DNA of 64,000 nt from Candidatus Hydrogenedentota bacterium. Lineage in GTDB: Bacteria > Hydrogenedentota > Hydrogenedentia > Hydrogenedentales > SLHB01. The notes beneath the pieces are model-generated. The model ran no database searches and was not told the DNA's origin. It worked only from the letters and a program-made list of their open reading frames with translations. Below are positions 10,559-21,039 of the stretch, one piece after another. The DNA is taken from NCBI GenBank assembly GCA_963745075.1, contig CAVUWV010000036.1, forward strand, positions 256,001-320,000. Direction: 5' to 3'. Both the position numbers and the translations under genes were made by a program. The first letter of the stretch is position 1, and the number at the start of each line of letters is the position of its first letter.

Positions 10559-11626
10559 CCCATTTTTCCCAAGAAACGGGCCGCGCTTCGGCGCGGCCTT
10601 TTGACGTGGTTCCGCAGGGAAGCACGAGACCTTCCCTGGCGACGCACGAAGGACCCCTACGCGGTGTGGCTGTCGGAAATCATCCTGCAACAAACCCGCG
10701 TCGACCAGGGCACGCCTTACTACGAGCGCTTCCTCGCCGCGTTTCCCAACGTCCACTCCCTCGCCGCCGCCTCGGACGCGCAAGTGCTCAAACTCTGGGA
10801 AGGCCTCGGCTACTACAGCCGCGCCCGAAACCTCCACCGCGCCGCAAAAATCCTGTCGCGCGAGCGGGGTGGCGAATTTCCTACCACGGCCAAATCATGG
10901 CAATCCCTGCCGGGGGTAGGCCGGTACACCGCCGGTGCGATTGCGAGCATTGCCTTCGATGAATCAGTCGCCGTCCTGGACGGCAACGTCATTCGCGTGC
11001 TCTCCCGCGTGTTCAACGTCGAGGAATCGACGGATGAAGCCGCGACCCGAAACCGGCTCTGGGAGATGGCCGAAGCGCTCGTGCCTGCAAAAGCGCCGGG
11101 GAATTTCAACCAGGCCGTGATGGAACTGGGCGCGCGGATCTGCACGCCACGCCAGCCCGCGTGTCCCGATTGTCCCATCCGGCGCCAATGCGAGGCATTT
11201 GCGGAGGGCGTTCACGAGCAACGGCCGGTGCGCAAGAAAAAGGCCGCCACACCGCATCGCGAATACGTGGTCGCCGTCATTCCAAAAAACGGACGATACC
11301 TGCTCGCACAACGCCCCGCCAAGGGTCTGCTCGGCGGCATGTGGGAGTTTCCTGCGGGGACCGTACGTTCGGGAGAGACGCATCCGGCTGCCTTGGTTCG
11401 TGTTACGCGAGAAGACTTCGGACTGAAGATTCGCGCTGGCGGGCTCGTCGCCGTCGTCAACCATGCCTACTCACACTTCAAAGTAACGCTCAACGTCTAC
11501 CATTGCGAATGGCTGGCCGGAACGCCTCAGGCCACCGAACACGTTCAAACGAAATGGGTTCCCCGATCCCATTTCCCCCGCTACGCCTTCCCCAAGGCCA
11601 ACCACAAGTTCCTGGAGTTGCTCTAG
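10538..11626 (+). CDS. mutY: A/G-specific adenine glycosylase
   Basis: RDLPWRRT.DPY.VWLSEI.LQQT, WEGLGYYSRARNL, LPGVGRYTAGAI, DGNV.RV, C-x6-C-x2-C-x5-C cluster, NUDIX-like C-terminus. Confidence 0.97.
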   Translation: MVTVPIFPIFPKKRAALRRGLLTWFRREARDLPWRRTKDPYAVWLSEIILQQTRVDQGTPYYERFLAAFPNVHSLAAASDAQVLKLWEGLGYYSRARNLHRAAKILSRERGGEFPTTAKSWQSLPGVGRYTAGAIASIAFDESVAVLDGNVIRVLSRVFNVEESTDEAATRNRLWEMAEALVPAKAPGNFNQAVMELGARICTPRQPACPDCPIRRQCEAFAEGVHEQRPVRKKKAATPHREYVVAVIPKNGRYLLAQRPAKGLLGGMWEFPAGTVRSGETHPAALVRVTREDFGLKIRAGGLVAVVNHAYSHFKVTLNVYHCEWLAGTPQATEHVQTKWVPRSHFPRYAFPKANHKFLELL

Positions 11627-11629
11627 AAG

Positions 11630-11717
11630 AATGGGGACAGTAGCCATTTATTGTGAAGGTGCAATGTACCCAAACGTTCTCGGAATACGGGACAAATAAA
11701 TGGTTGCTGTTAGCATT
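11630..11717. repeat. REP family C inverted pair, copy 2 (degenerate)
   Basis: AATGGGGACAGTAGCCATTTATT 11630-11652 and AATAAATGGTTGCTGTTAGCATT 11695-11717. Confidence 0.85.
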
Positions 11718-11727
11718 TTTCCTTTTC

Positions 11728-13249
11728 CTATCCCAACGCCCCTGCCGCGAAGGCCGCTGCGAGTTCGTTCTTCTTGACCTTGCCCGTGGCGGTCTTGGGC
11801 AACTCGCTCACAAAACGCACGATGCGAGGGCACTTGTACGGCGCAATCCGTTCCCGGCAATAATCGATGATGGCCACCGGATTCCATGGTCTGTCCTTCG
11901 GCCATCTTGACGGCCGCCAGCACCTCCTGGCCCCACTGCTCGTTGTCGACGCCAAGCACGGCGCAATCCTCCACGCCCGGAATCGTCGAAAGCACGTTCT
12001 CCACTTCCGTCGGGTAAATGTTTTGCCCGCCGCGGATGATCATGTCCTTCAACCGGCCCACGATATAGAGGTACCCGTCTTCGTCGAACCGCCCCAAATC
12101 GCCGGTGCGGAGCCATCCGTCACGCAGGACTTCCCGGGTGGCTTCCGGATTCTTGTAATACCCTTTCATCACCGTCGGACCTGCGATGAGCAGCTCGCCC
12201 ACGTCGCCCACGGGCACGTCGATGCCGTCCTCGTTGACAACGCGAATGCTGGTGTAGCGTAACGGCGGGCCCACGGAATTCCATTTGATGGGATCGTTCT
12301 CGTCGGCCGCGGCGCTCGCGCACGTCGCCTCGCTCAGACCGTACCCCATGACGAGGGGTTTCTTGAGCACTTCCTGCGTTTCAAGATAGGTCTTTTCCGG
12401 CAACGGCGCCGCGCCGGAGGCGAAAACGCGCATGGAACTGATGTCGCGCGGTTCCGCGCGCATCATCTTGCAGATGACGCTGTAAATGGTCGGCACCGCA
12501 CTCATGATCGTCGTCCGGTACGTTTCGATCGCAGGCAGAATTCCGAAGGGATTGAATTTCTTCATGATCACCACATCGCCGCCCGCCATCAACGGCGCGA
12601 GAATCGAAACAACTTGCGCGTTGACATGAAACAACGGCAGCACCAGCAAAAACCGGTCGTCCGGACCCATGGAAATGACATGCACGAGCATTCGCGCATT
12701 GGCCACATAGTTCCGATGGGTAAGAATAACGCCCTTAGGCATCCCGGTCGTGCCCGAGGTATAAATCAGCGCCGCGTCGTCATAGGGATCGGCGACAATC
12801 TCCCCGTCCGTTTCGACGGGCTGCATCAACGCGTCGAACCGCTCGGTCCCTTCCGGTGCGTCACCAATGACAAAGTAGCGCGATACCTGCGGGAAAAGGG
12901 CCTTTGCTTTCTGTAGTAGCGGACCGAATTCGGGAATGGTAACGATTGTCTCTGCGTCGGAGTTGTTGACGATATGGGCCAGTTCCGCCGGTTTCAGCAC
13001 GGGATTCACCGGGACCACGACCGCGCCGATGCGGCCCGCGCCGAGAAACAAGGCAACGAATTCCACGCAGTTGCCCATCAGTAGAACGATCTTGTCGCCC
13101 TTGCCGACGCCGCGCCCCGCAAGATTGCCCGCAACGCGCCGGGCGCGTTCGTCCATCTCCGCATAGGAAACTTCTTCCCCGTCGCATAGTATGAACGTCT
13201 TCTCGCCCAACCCCTGCGCACGTTCCTGGAGCAAGTGTGCAATCGTCAC
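11728..13249 (-). CDS. Long-chain acyl-CoA ligase (AMP-binding), frameshift at ~11882
   Basis: YTSGTTGMPKG, GYGLSE, TGDLG, GRLKDMI; C-terminus YKCPR...LPKTATGKV in adjacent frame; GGAGG before GTG 13249. Confidence 0.9.
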
Positions 13250-13355
13250 GGATCGGTCCCTCCCGCTCGAACCGCCGCCGGTAGCAGGCGCATGAGTCAC
13301 CCCCACTCGGGATCGCGCCGCGCCGCGGCATTAAAGGACACGAAGGATACCAAAA

Positions 13356-13394
13356 GAACCGGGGGGCGTTGCAATGTACAACGCCCCCCGGTTC
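13356..13394 (-). terminator. Rho-independent terminator after gspF
   Basis: GAACCGGGGGGCGTTG/CAACGCCCCCCGGTTC 16-bp stem followed by TTTT on minus strand. Confidence 0.75.
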
Positions 13395-13414
13395 ATCAAT
13401 CACTTCCGGATGGA

Positions 13415-14677
13415 TCAGGAGCCTGCAGACGCGCCCAACTTTTCCATCATCGTAATCATCGGCACGAACAACGCCAGGAATAGCACCAGCACCACCAGCC
13501 CAATAAGTATGGTCAGAATCGGCTGCAGCATCTCGCCCAGCGTGCCAATGGTGATATTGAGTTCCTCCTCGTACGTCTCGGCGATGTGCTCGGCGATGTC
13601 GTCGAGTTGCCCGGACTCCTCACCGGTGACCAACATGTCGACCACGACCGGCGGAAAGATCCCCTTGGCCGCGCGCATAGGTTCCTCGATGCCCTCGCCG
13701 CGCTCCACGCTGTCGCGCACGCCTTGCAACGCTTGGGCCATCGCTTTGTTGTGAATTACGTTACGGACCAGGTCCAGCGTCACCATCATCGAAAGACCGC
13801 TGCGCAACAACAGCGACAAGGAATGCGTGAAGTCTACCACCGCGCGTTTCCGGACGATCGAATGCCCGATCTTCGGCAACCGCATCTTCCACCGGTCGGC
13901 CCGGACACGCCACAGCGGACTGACCCGCACCATCGCCTTGTAAACGAAGAACAGGATGACCACGATCGCGATCGCCGGCACGACCACCTTCCATGAACTC
14001 AGGGTTTCAACCGTGGAAATAAGCGTCGTCGTATACCACGGCAACTGGCCCGCGATATCGAGCTTCGTAAAGATATCTTGGAACTGCGGCACCACAACCT
14101 TGGCAATAAGCAGCAACACCAGACAGCACACCACGACCAGCACCACCGGATACCACAGCGCGCCTTTCATCCGGCGGCTGAGCATTTCCCGCCGCTCGCG
14201 GTAGACGATTAACCGTTTCAACACCGTGGTCAACGTACCGCTGGCCTCACTGGCCTTCACCAGGTTGACGAACACGGGATCGAATTGATGCGGATGGCGC
14301 TCGAACGCCTGCCACAGCGCGTTCCCGCTTTCCACGTAGCTGCAGATGTCCGCGACCAGGGCGCGGATCCGCGGCCGTTCACTCCGTTGGGACAGGATCT
14401 GCAGCGACTTCAGCAGCGGCGTGCCCGCGTCCAGCAACATGATCAACTGCCGCAGGATGTCCGTAATGTCGTGTTCCCGAATACGACCCATACCGCCCGA
14501 GAGCAGACCGGTTCCTGAATAGGAACGCGAGGCTACGGGAGTCGCTACCGCACTCTCGGCGGTTTCATCGAGATCGAAGGTCGCCTTCGCGGTAGCTTTG
14601 CGAGCGCCGCTCTTCTTCTTGCTGCGGGATACCCGCTTAATGCCTCCCGTGGCAGGCTTATCGCCTTTCGTGGCCAT
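13415..14677 (-). CDS. gspF: Type II secretion/T4P inner membrane platform protein (GspF/PilC)
   Basis: RQL..LL.AG.PL, EASG.L, GEESGQLD, ALFVPM. Confidence 0.93.
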   Translation of the reverse strand: MATKGDKPATGGIKRVSRSKKKSGARKATAKATFDLDETAESAVATPVASRSYSGTGLLSGGMGRIREHDITDILRQLIMLLDAGTPLLKSLQILSQRSERPRIRALVADICSYVESGNALWQAFERHPHQFDPVFVNLVKASEASGTLTTVLKRLIVYRERREMLSRRMKGALWYPVVLVVVCCLVLLLIAKVVVPQFQDIFTKLDIAGQLPWYTTTLISTVETLSSWKVVVPAIAIVVILFFVYKAMVRVSPLWRVRADRWKMRLPKIGHSIVRKRAVVDFTHSLSLLLRSGLSMMVTLDLVRNVIHNKAMAQALQGVRDSVERGEGIEEPMRAAKGIFPPVVVDMLVTGEESGQLDDIAEHIAETYEEELNITIGTLGEMLQPILTILIGLVVLVLFLALFVPMITMMEKLGASAGS

Positions 14678-14710
14678 GATCGATCGTCCTCCCTTGGGTC
14701 TAACTCGTTC

Positions 14711-15745
14711 CTAAGCCGCCGGATTCTCCGAGGTGGATTCCTGCGCGTCGTCCGATTCGTTCCGCTCAACCGACTCATTCCAATACAACACGTCCGGATT
14801 GCCCGCGCGGTCGATGTATACGACCGCTTCGATCTCCTCGGCAGCCAATACCGCACGTCCTTCGGCCGGCGCCCTCGTATCGACAAGTTCCGCATCGCCA
14901 ATCACGCGAAAGCAGCGCGACGTAAAACTCAGCTCGTCCGGCAGCGTATTCAACGCGTCGGGCGCCGGCCGCACATTGAAGGTCGCCGGGTCTTTGCCGG
15001 CAGCGGCGCTCAATTCCGTTACATCGCTGAACGGCCGGGTGCTGCGGGCGTCAATCACACGCTTCGCAACGTCCGGCGTAACGGCCAGCAGCGCCTCGAG
15101 CACCGGCACGGGCGCCGTGTTGACGTTCATATACCCTTTTGCATCCGCCGGGTTCGGCACGGTGTATACGGTCAGCATCTGCTTCATCTCCGGCGTCAAT
15201 TGGGCCGATTTAAGTAACCCGCGGGTCACCAGTTCATCCACGTCGGTAAACCAGCGCCGGTTCCCGCTGTTGTCTCCCGCGCCGCCCTCGCTTCGGGGCA
15301 GGTCACTCCGAATCTGGCGCGCCGTTTCTCCATCCACACCGAGAATCTCGCGCAGGACGTTCGGCGGCGCATAGTTGATATTGATTCGCGCGGATTCGTC
15401 CTCCAAGTGCACGCGCACCCGAATCACCCGGGAGTCCGACGCCTCCAGATCCGCGCCTTTTCCAACGTTGTCCCGGTACACCGCCAACTCGTACGTAATA
15501 GGTTCGGCCAGGGACGGCATCGCGCCCTGCACGACGGCCTCCCGGGCCGTTTCTATCCCGGCGTTGATGCCGCCGCGCGCCGCGTATATCGCCTCCGTGT
15601 AATGCGTGTCCATCGCCGATTGTTCGTGCTCGATAGCCATGAATCGCACCCATGCGATCCCCAGCATCGTAAACACAATCAGCAAGCCCAACGCCGTCAG
15701 GAGGGCCGCGCCTTCATTTCGTCGGAAATCCTTTGAACGAGTCAT
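14711..15745 (-). CDS. GspK-like minor pseudopilin
   Basis: G-AALLTALGLLIV N-terminus; EDESARININ and MNVNTAP motifs. Confidence 0.8.
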   Translation of the reverse strand: MTRSKDFRRNEGAALLTALGLLIVFTMLGIAWVRFMAIEHEQSAMDTHYTEAIYAARGGINAGIETAREAVVQGAMPSLAEPITYELAVYRDNVGKGADLEASDSRVIRVRVHLEDESARININYAPPNVLREILGVDGETARQIRSDLPRSEGGAGDNSGNRRWFTDVDELVTRGLLKSAQLTPEMKQMLTVYTVPNPADAKGYMNVNTAPVPVLEALLAVTPDVAKRVIDARSTRPFSDVTELSAAAGKDPATFNVRPAPDALNTLPDELSFTSRCFRVIGDAELVDTRAPAEGRAVLAAEEIEAVVYIDRAGNPDVLYWNESVERNESDDAQESTSENPAA

Positions 15746-15753
15746 GATCTCCC

Positions 15754-16383
15754 TCACTGAACGTGTACCGGAAACACGTGCACTCGTGCGATCTGGTCGC
15801 GTAACGGGTTACCGGGAGGCGTCAAGTTGAGACTCACGCGGACGGCCCGAGGCAGCGCGTTATCCGACCACGCCGAAACCCACTGCTTGCCGTCGGATGT
15901 GTATTCCACGCGAAATTGGAGCACGCCGGGGACGACGCGCACCTCATCCGGCTCCTGCTCCTTCGCCCCGAGTATCTGTCGCGAGCGGGTCAGGGCATCT
16001 TCATTGCCTTCCCGCTCCACCGCGTAGGTCACCACGCTCGGGATTACATCGCCGTCCAGATTCGGCGTCAGCACAGGGATCGATACCGTGTCGTTTGCCA
16101 GCGGTATCCCGAAGAACGCTTCGGTCTTAACATTCCCCGAGGTTCCCGTCAGTGGCGTGGTGGTCAACGAGGAAGCGATAACCGCGTCCAGATCCTCTCC
16201 GATCCGCTCGAATACGATCTCGGCCCGGCGATCCATTTCCGTACGCGTCCGCAAATCGTTCCAGTAGTCGGTCATCTTTACGAAAGTAACTGCCCCAATA
16301 CCGCTCACAACCGCCAGGATCGCGAGGACCACCAGCAGTTCCAGGATGGTAAATCCCAGTGTAGAGCTGCGGTCCGGCTTCAT
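15754..16383 (-). CDS. GspJ-like pseudopilin
   Basis: GFTILELLVVL prepilin motif; C-terminal W..W....LPRAVRVSL. Confidence 0.8.
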   Translation of the reverse strand: MKPDRSSTLGFTILELLVVLAILAVVSGIGAVTFVKMTDYWNDLRTRTEMDRRAEIVFERIGEDLDAVIASSLTTTPLTGTSGNVKTEAFFGIPLANDTVSIPVLTPNLDGDVIPSVVTYAVEREGNEDALTRSRQILGAKEQEPDEVRVVPGVLQFRVEYTSDGKQWVSAWSDNALPRAVRVSLNLTPPGNPLRDQIARVHVFPVHVQ

Positions 16384-16916
16384 GCCCCACCTCCCATCGC
16401 CGGAAGCGGCATCGTCGTGGTTAAACTGACGGACTGTTTCCGCCCTTCTTGCGTCCAACGGACGACCGCGGTAATCGCGTACACGTTCGGCGCGCCGTCA
16501 ATGCTGCGCGCATACACGCTGCTCGTGAATTGGCCGTAGAACCTCCGCTCTCGGTCGGCCGCGGCGGGGTAGGTGGGGACGGTGGCCGGAAACGCCGGCA
16601 TCTCGCCGTTGGGAGCGACGGTCGCGTCGCCTGGCGCTTTCACCTCGACAAGCTCGCCCGAGGCCAGCGCGTCGGGTTTCGGCCATTCGTACCGGGACGG
16701 GGCAATCGCGCAATCCGCGAGCCGGGCCTCGGCAATGCTGTAGGCCGCACGGCGTGAACGGTCCCCCCGGCCTAGCGAGACGCTCATTGTAAACATGGAT
16801 AAGATGATGTAGGTGGCCACGCTCATGACGACCAGCGCCACCAGCACTTCGATGAGCGTGAAACCTGCTGCTCCTCGCCTACCCACACCACTGCGCACGT
16901 GACAGGTTTCAACCAC
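16380..16916 (-). CDS. GspI/PilV-like pseudopilin
   Basis: GFTLIEVLVAL prepilin motif; 4-bp overlap with next gene. Confidence 0.8.
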   Translation of the reverse strand: MVETCHVRSGVGRRGAAGFTLIEVLVALVVMSVATYIILSMFTMSVSLGRGDRSRRAAYSIAEARLADCAIAPSRYEWPKPDALASGELVEVKAPGDATVAPNGEMPAFPATVPTYPAAADRERRFYGQFTSSVYARSIDGAPNVYAITAVVRWTQEGRKQSVSLTTTMPLPAMGGGA

Positions 16917-17069
16917 TTGGTCGCTCCCCTTCTGTCTAGCGCCCGGGCACGTTACCCCGGGTTGTTCGGGTAAAAACTAAGCAATGAGCTAATACTGGAA
17001 CACCCGATTGCTTCACCGTGAGGTCCGCGTACACAATTGCACGCAGCACCGTCTCCCCATCGCACTTCT

Positions 17070-17099
17070 ATCCTAGCGTGACCTGCGGGAACAAGTCAA
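17070..17099 (-). promoter_or_regulatory. Putative sigma70 promoter for pseudopilin cluster
   Basis: TTGACT-N18-TAGGAT on minus strand. Confidence 0.45.
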
Positions 17100-17392
17100 C
17101 GCCTTTTATCTGCCCTTTGTCAAGTCCACGCAAAGCGTTACACGATACAGGGGAGTACCTGTGCCAAACAGCCATACGGTATCGGAAGGCATTGCGGCCG
17201 GTGCCGCGCACGGATTCTCGCAACTGCAAGCTCCCGTCAGGAAACGAGTAATCCATTGATGGAACGAACCGAAAATGCAATAGCAGTGTAAAGTGCGAAG
17301 GATAAGAGTCGCAGCAAACACGGGTCTCGAATGGAAACATGGAAAGTGGTTTTCGGGTTCCTCTATCACGAATAACGCGTGGCCGGGCGACG

Positions 17393-17542
17393 CTACTTCG
17401 CGGTCTTGGTTCGATTCCCCGCCGGGCAATCGCTGCACCCGCAGCCCGTCGACTTTCCGCGCAGCATGCGCCACGCGGTGCGCCCGAGGTAGGCGACACA
17501 GGCCGTCAGAATGATACCGATCGCGATCCACTGCGCGATCAT
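17393..17542 (-). CDS. FeoB-associated Cys-rich membrane protein (49 aa)
   Basis: MIAQWIAIGIILTACVAYL...GCGCSDCP; start overlaps feoB stop. Confidence 0.85.
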   Translation of the reverse strand: MIAQWIAIGIILTACVAYLGRTAWRMLRGKSTGCGCSDCPAGNRTKTAK

Positions 17543-19773
17543 GACAGGCCCCCCCAGCCCATCAACGTCGTGAGTTGATAGACGGCAAACGCCCCGAGAT
17601 ACGCGATGACGGTCATGTAACCGAATGTGAACGCGGGCCAACGCAGCGACCGGGTTTCCCGGCGAATGATGGCCAGTGTCGCGCCGCATTGGCAGCACAA
17701 CGCGAAGAACACCATGATGGACAGGGCCACGGGAATCGTGAACAGACGGCTTCCGTCGGTGCGCGTCGCCTTGTGCAGCACGTCCTTGAGTTGATCCGAA
17801 GATTCGTCCACATCGCTCCCCAAATAGAACGTCGTGCCCAAGGTGGCGATAACGACCTCCCGTGCGGGGAACGATGCGATCGCGGCCATTCCGATGCGCC
17901 AGTCCCATCCCAGCGGATGCACGACCGGCTCGATGACGTGCCCCATGCGCGCGAAGATGCTGTTCTGCAGTTGCGCCCCGCTTTCCTGGGAAGTCAGCGT
18001 GGCCAGTTGCGTATCCTTCTCCTGCGGAGCCAGATTGGAAGTCTCGACCGCCTGCCGTTTCGCGTCAAACTGGTCCGCAATCGCGCTCGAATGCGGGAAA
18101 TACGCCAGCGCCCATACCACGACGCTAATCGCAAAGATGATCGTTCCCGCGCGCCACAAGAACTCTTTGCCCTGCCGGTAGACCTTCTGCCCCACGGTGC
18201 TCCATTGCGGCAGCTTGTAGCTCGGCAGTTCCAACAAAAATGGCGGCGTCGCACCGCGGAGGAGGGTCCGTTTCAACGTCCATGCGACCGGAATCGCGAC
18301 CAGGATGCCGAGGCTGTACATGGCGAACAAGGTCAGTCCCTGAAGCCCGAGGATCCCGCCCAAGTACCCGCGCGCCGGAATGAAGGCCGCGATCATCAGC
18401 GTGTAGACCGGCAGCCGCGCGGAGCAGCTCATCAATGGCGCCACGAGGATCGTCGTCAACCGGTCCCGGCGATTGGAAATGGTTCGTGTCGCCATGATCC
18501 CCGGAATCGCGCAGGCAAAACTCGACAACATAGGGATAAACGACTGCCCCGAAAGGCCGCAACGGCTCAATAACCGGTCCATCAGAAACGCGGCGCGGGC
18601 CATGTAACCGCAGTCTTCCAGGATCGCGATGAACATCATCAGGATGAGGATCTGCGGGAGAAACACGAGGACACTCCCGACGCCCGCAAATATACCATCA
18701 ACAATCAGGCTCTGGAGCGGACCCTCCGGCAGCATGGCGCCAACGATTTGGCCCAATGCGCTACACCCCGCATCGATCAAGTCCATGACCGGCGCGGCCC
18801 ACGCATAAATCGCCTGAAAGACCGTGGCCATGATGAACGCGAAGATCAGGGTGCCCCACACCCGGTGTGTGAGCACCGTGTCCAGCCTGTCCGAGAACGT
18901 CATGGTGCGCGTTGCGGGTTTCCGCACGCCCGTCGAGACGATGCGCCGAATCCAGGCGTACCGGCTTCGGGCTTCCAACGCGGCGATGGAGCCGTTTGAC
19001 GATAGCCGCTGCCGGTGCTGGTCCAAGAGGGATTCGAGTTCGTTGCCCATCCGGCCGACCAACCGTTGCTCGGCGTATCCGTCGCGGTCGATCAACAAAC
19101 GCAGGACTTCCGTATAGTGAAAAACCTTCCCCAGCGCAACACCATGGTCGTCCAGCTTCGTCTTCAGCGCGTTCAATTCATCGACCAGTGTCTGCGGATA
19201 CTCCGGGCCGGAAAGCTGCGGCCCCGGTTCCTCGGAAATCGCTTCGAGGAGGGCCTTCTTGAGTGTATCGATCCCCTCGCGGCGGTAAGCACAAACCGAC
19301 ACGACTCGCGCGCCGAGTTCCGCCGACACCTTGGCCAAATCGACCTCGATATGCTGTTTCGCCGCGAGATCGCACATGTTGAGCGCGACCACGAGGGGCT
19401 TGCCCAGTTCCCGGAGTTGCGAGACGAGGTAGAGGTTGCGTTCGAGGTTGGTCGCGTCTACAACGGCGAGCACGGCGTCAATGGGCTGTTCGCCTTCCTG
19501 TTGGCCCAGGAGGACGTCGGCCACGATCATTTCGTCTGGCGAACGCGCAGCCAGGCTGTAGGTCCCCGGCAAATCCACTAGGCACGCTTTGCTCCCGTTG
19601 AGCTGCAAATGGCCCAGCTTTCGCTCGACCGTAACGCCCGGATAGTTCCCGGTGATCTGCTTCAATCCCGTCAACGCGTTGAACAGGGTTGTCTTGCCGA
19701 CGTTGGGGTTGCCAACGACTGCAATCGCGAACGTTTTTTTGGCGTTTTTCGTATGTAGTTCTGCGGTCTTCAT
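17539..19773 (-). CDS. feoB: Ferrous iron transporter B
   Basis: GNPNVGKT, NYPGVTVE, DLPG, NMCD GTPase motifs; EDCGYMARAAFLMDR; SCSARLPVY. Confidence 0.97.
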   Translation of the reverse strand: MKTAELHTKNAKKTFAIAVVGNPNVGKTTLFNALTGLKQITGNYPGVTVERKLGHLQLNGSKACLVDLPGTYSLAARSPDEMIVADVLLGQQEGEQPIDAVLAVVDATNLERNLYLVSQLRELGKPLVVALNMCDLAAKQHIEVDLAKVSAELGARVVSVCAYRREGIDTLKKALLEAISEEPGPQLSGPEYPQTLVDELNALKTKLDDHGVALGKVFHYTEVLRLLIDRDGYAEQRLVGRMGNELESLLDQHRQRLSSNGSIAALEARSRYAWIRRIVSTGVRKPATRTMTFSDRLDTVLTHRVWGTLIFAFIMATVFQAIYAWAAPVMDLIDAGCSALGQIVGAMLPEGPLQSLIVDGIFAGVGSVLVFLPQILILMMFIAILEDCGYMARAAFLMDRLLSRCGLSGQSFIPMLSSFACAIPGIMATRTISNRRDRLTTILVAPLMSCSARLPVYTLMIAAFIPARGYLGGILGLQGLTLFAMYSLGILVAIPVAWTLKRTLLRGATPPFLLELPSYKLPQWSTVGQKVYRQGKEFLWRAGTIIFAISVVVWALAYFPHSSAIADQFDAKRQAVETSNLAPQEKDTQLATLTSQESGAQLQNSIFARMGHVIEPVVHPLGWDWRIGMAAIASFPAREVVIATLGTTFYLGSDVDESSDQLKDVLHKATRTDGSRLFTIPVALSIMVFFALCCQCGATLAIIRRETRSLRWPAFTFGYMTVIAYLGAFAVYQLTTLMGWGGLS

Positions 19774-19781
19774 TGCAATGC

Positions 19782-20006
19782 TTAGGTGTCAACCTCTACG
19801 AAGGCGGCCTCCGCTTTGCGCAAGGAAAGATGGTATCCCTGCACGCAAATCTCGATGGGGTCGCCAAAGGGCGCGATGCGAACGACTTCCACATCGGATC
19901 CTTCGATCACGCCCATCTCCTGGAGGCGTTGGTGGATCGCTCCCTCACCGTGGAGCGCGGTGACAACTCCGGATTCACCGGGTTTTAACTGACTGAGGAC
20001 TCGCAT
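19782..20006 (-). CDS. feoA: FeoA
   Basis: RLQEMGV.EG..V.VVR.APFGDPI...LSLRK.EA. Confidence 0.95.
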   Translation of the reverse strand: MRVLSQLKPGESGVVTALHGEGAIHQRLQEMGVIEGSDVEVVRIAPFGDPIEICVQGYHLSLRKAEAAFVEVDT

Positions 20007-20046
20007 GGGCCATCCAAATATGCGACGCCCCGGCTCAACTCACTGG

Positions 20047-20352
20047 CTAAGTCGGATTGTTCAGGTTAAGACCAAGTCCCGCCAAGGCCGAAGGCACGTC
20101 GGAACTCGGTAAAATGCGGACCTGGACGTGCGACGCTTCGTCGCCCCGCAAACAAAATCGCGCATTTCCGACCTCGACAATCATCGGAGACCCGACCCGA
20201 ACCGCCCGAACGTACGCACCGGGCACCAGACCCAGTTCGCGCAGCCGCGCGCCCAACCCGGTATCCGCATCCAATGATACGACTTCGCCTTCTTCACCCG
20301 CTTCACACTCGGTAAGCGGGAGTTCAAAATCTACAACACGCTCTCCCACCAT
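20047..20352 (-). CDS. feoA: Second FeoA-family protein
   Basis: RLRELGLVPG..V......PMIVEV...RFCL...EA. Confidence 0.85.
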   Translation of the reverse strand: MVGERVVDFELPLTECEAGEEGEVVSLDADTGLGARLRELGLVPGAYVRAVRVGSPMIVEVGNARFCLRGDEASHVQVRILPSSDVPSALAGLGLNLNNPT

Positions 20353-20435
20353 GGATTCCCCCTGGAATACCGGCCCTACGAGCCGGTGGTTATGTTGCCA
20401 ATCAATCAACAACGTACTTCAGTAACTTCCAACGA

Positions 20436-21026
20436 TTACGACTGACTTGACCGAGCCTGCTTGCCCAACCGCCGATGGAACTCGCAGTTCTCGCCGACCG
20501 GTGTCAGGCAATCCCCCCCGTCACACAAGGGGCAGTGCTCCGCCGATTCGCATCCGGGACGGAAACACGACATCACGTCGTTGATCTTCGCGGCCCGGGT
20601 TTCGTCACTGAGGATGTATCGCATAAGCCAGACGAGACGCCGTCCCGTTTCCAGGCTCATCAAATGCTCCATCTTGCAGGCGTCCGAAAGCGCCGTCTCC
20701 GGTGAAACACCCAGTACTTCCTCAAAGAACTTCGACAAAATTCGGAAATTCTGCTCGACCAGGATGGCCATCTGGAAGCCCTCTTCCGTCAGCAGTAAAA
20801 ACCGATGAGGATCTTCCGACACCCAACCCCGCTTCTTCAGTTGCGAAATCGACATGGACGCGGCCCCGCGCGAGACTTCCAGCATCTCCGCAACGTCCGT
20901 CACGCGGGCATATCCGTATTCCTCGCGCAACGCGTCGATGGCCATAAGATAATGGGCCGCGGAATGGGTGATATCGTTCTTCTCGAAGTCACGCCAATAC
21001 GTCGAATCGTTGATGGGCTTGCTCAT
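20436..21026 (-). CDS. DtxR/MntR-family metalloregulator with Cys-rich C-terminus
   Basis: HYLMAI, ARVTDVAEML.VSR wHTH, FFEEVLGV, DACKMEH. Confidence 0.92.
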   Translation of the reverse strand: MSKPINDSTYWRDFEKNDITHSAAHYLMAIDALREEYGYARVTDVAEMLEVSRGAASMSISQLKKRGWVSEDPHRFLLLTEEGFQMAILVEQNFRILSKFFEEVLGVSPETALSDACKMEHLMSLETGRRLVWLMRYILSDETRAAKINDVMSCFRPGCESAEHCPLCDGGDCLTPVGENCEFHRRLGKQARSSQS

Positions 21027-21039
21027 CGTGTAATCTCTT

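Noticed and set aside
16917..17392. Riboswitch or sigma54 promoter in the long intergenic region
   Set aside because: No recognisable riboswitch consensus; TGGCAC near 17161-17166 lacks the -12 TTGC; an Rfam scan would be needed
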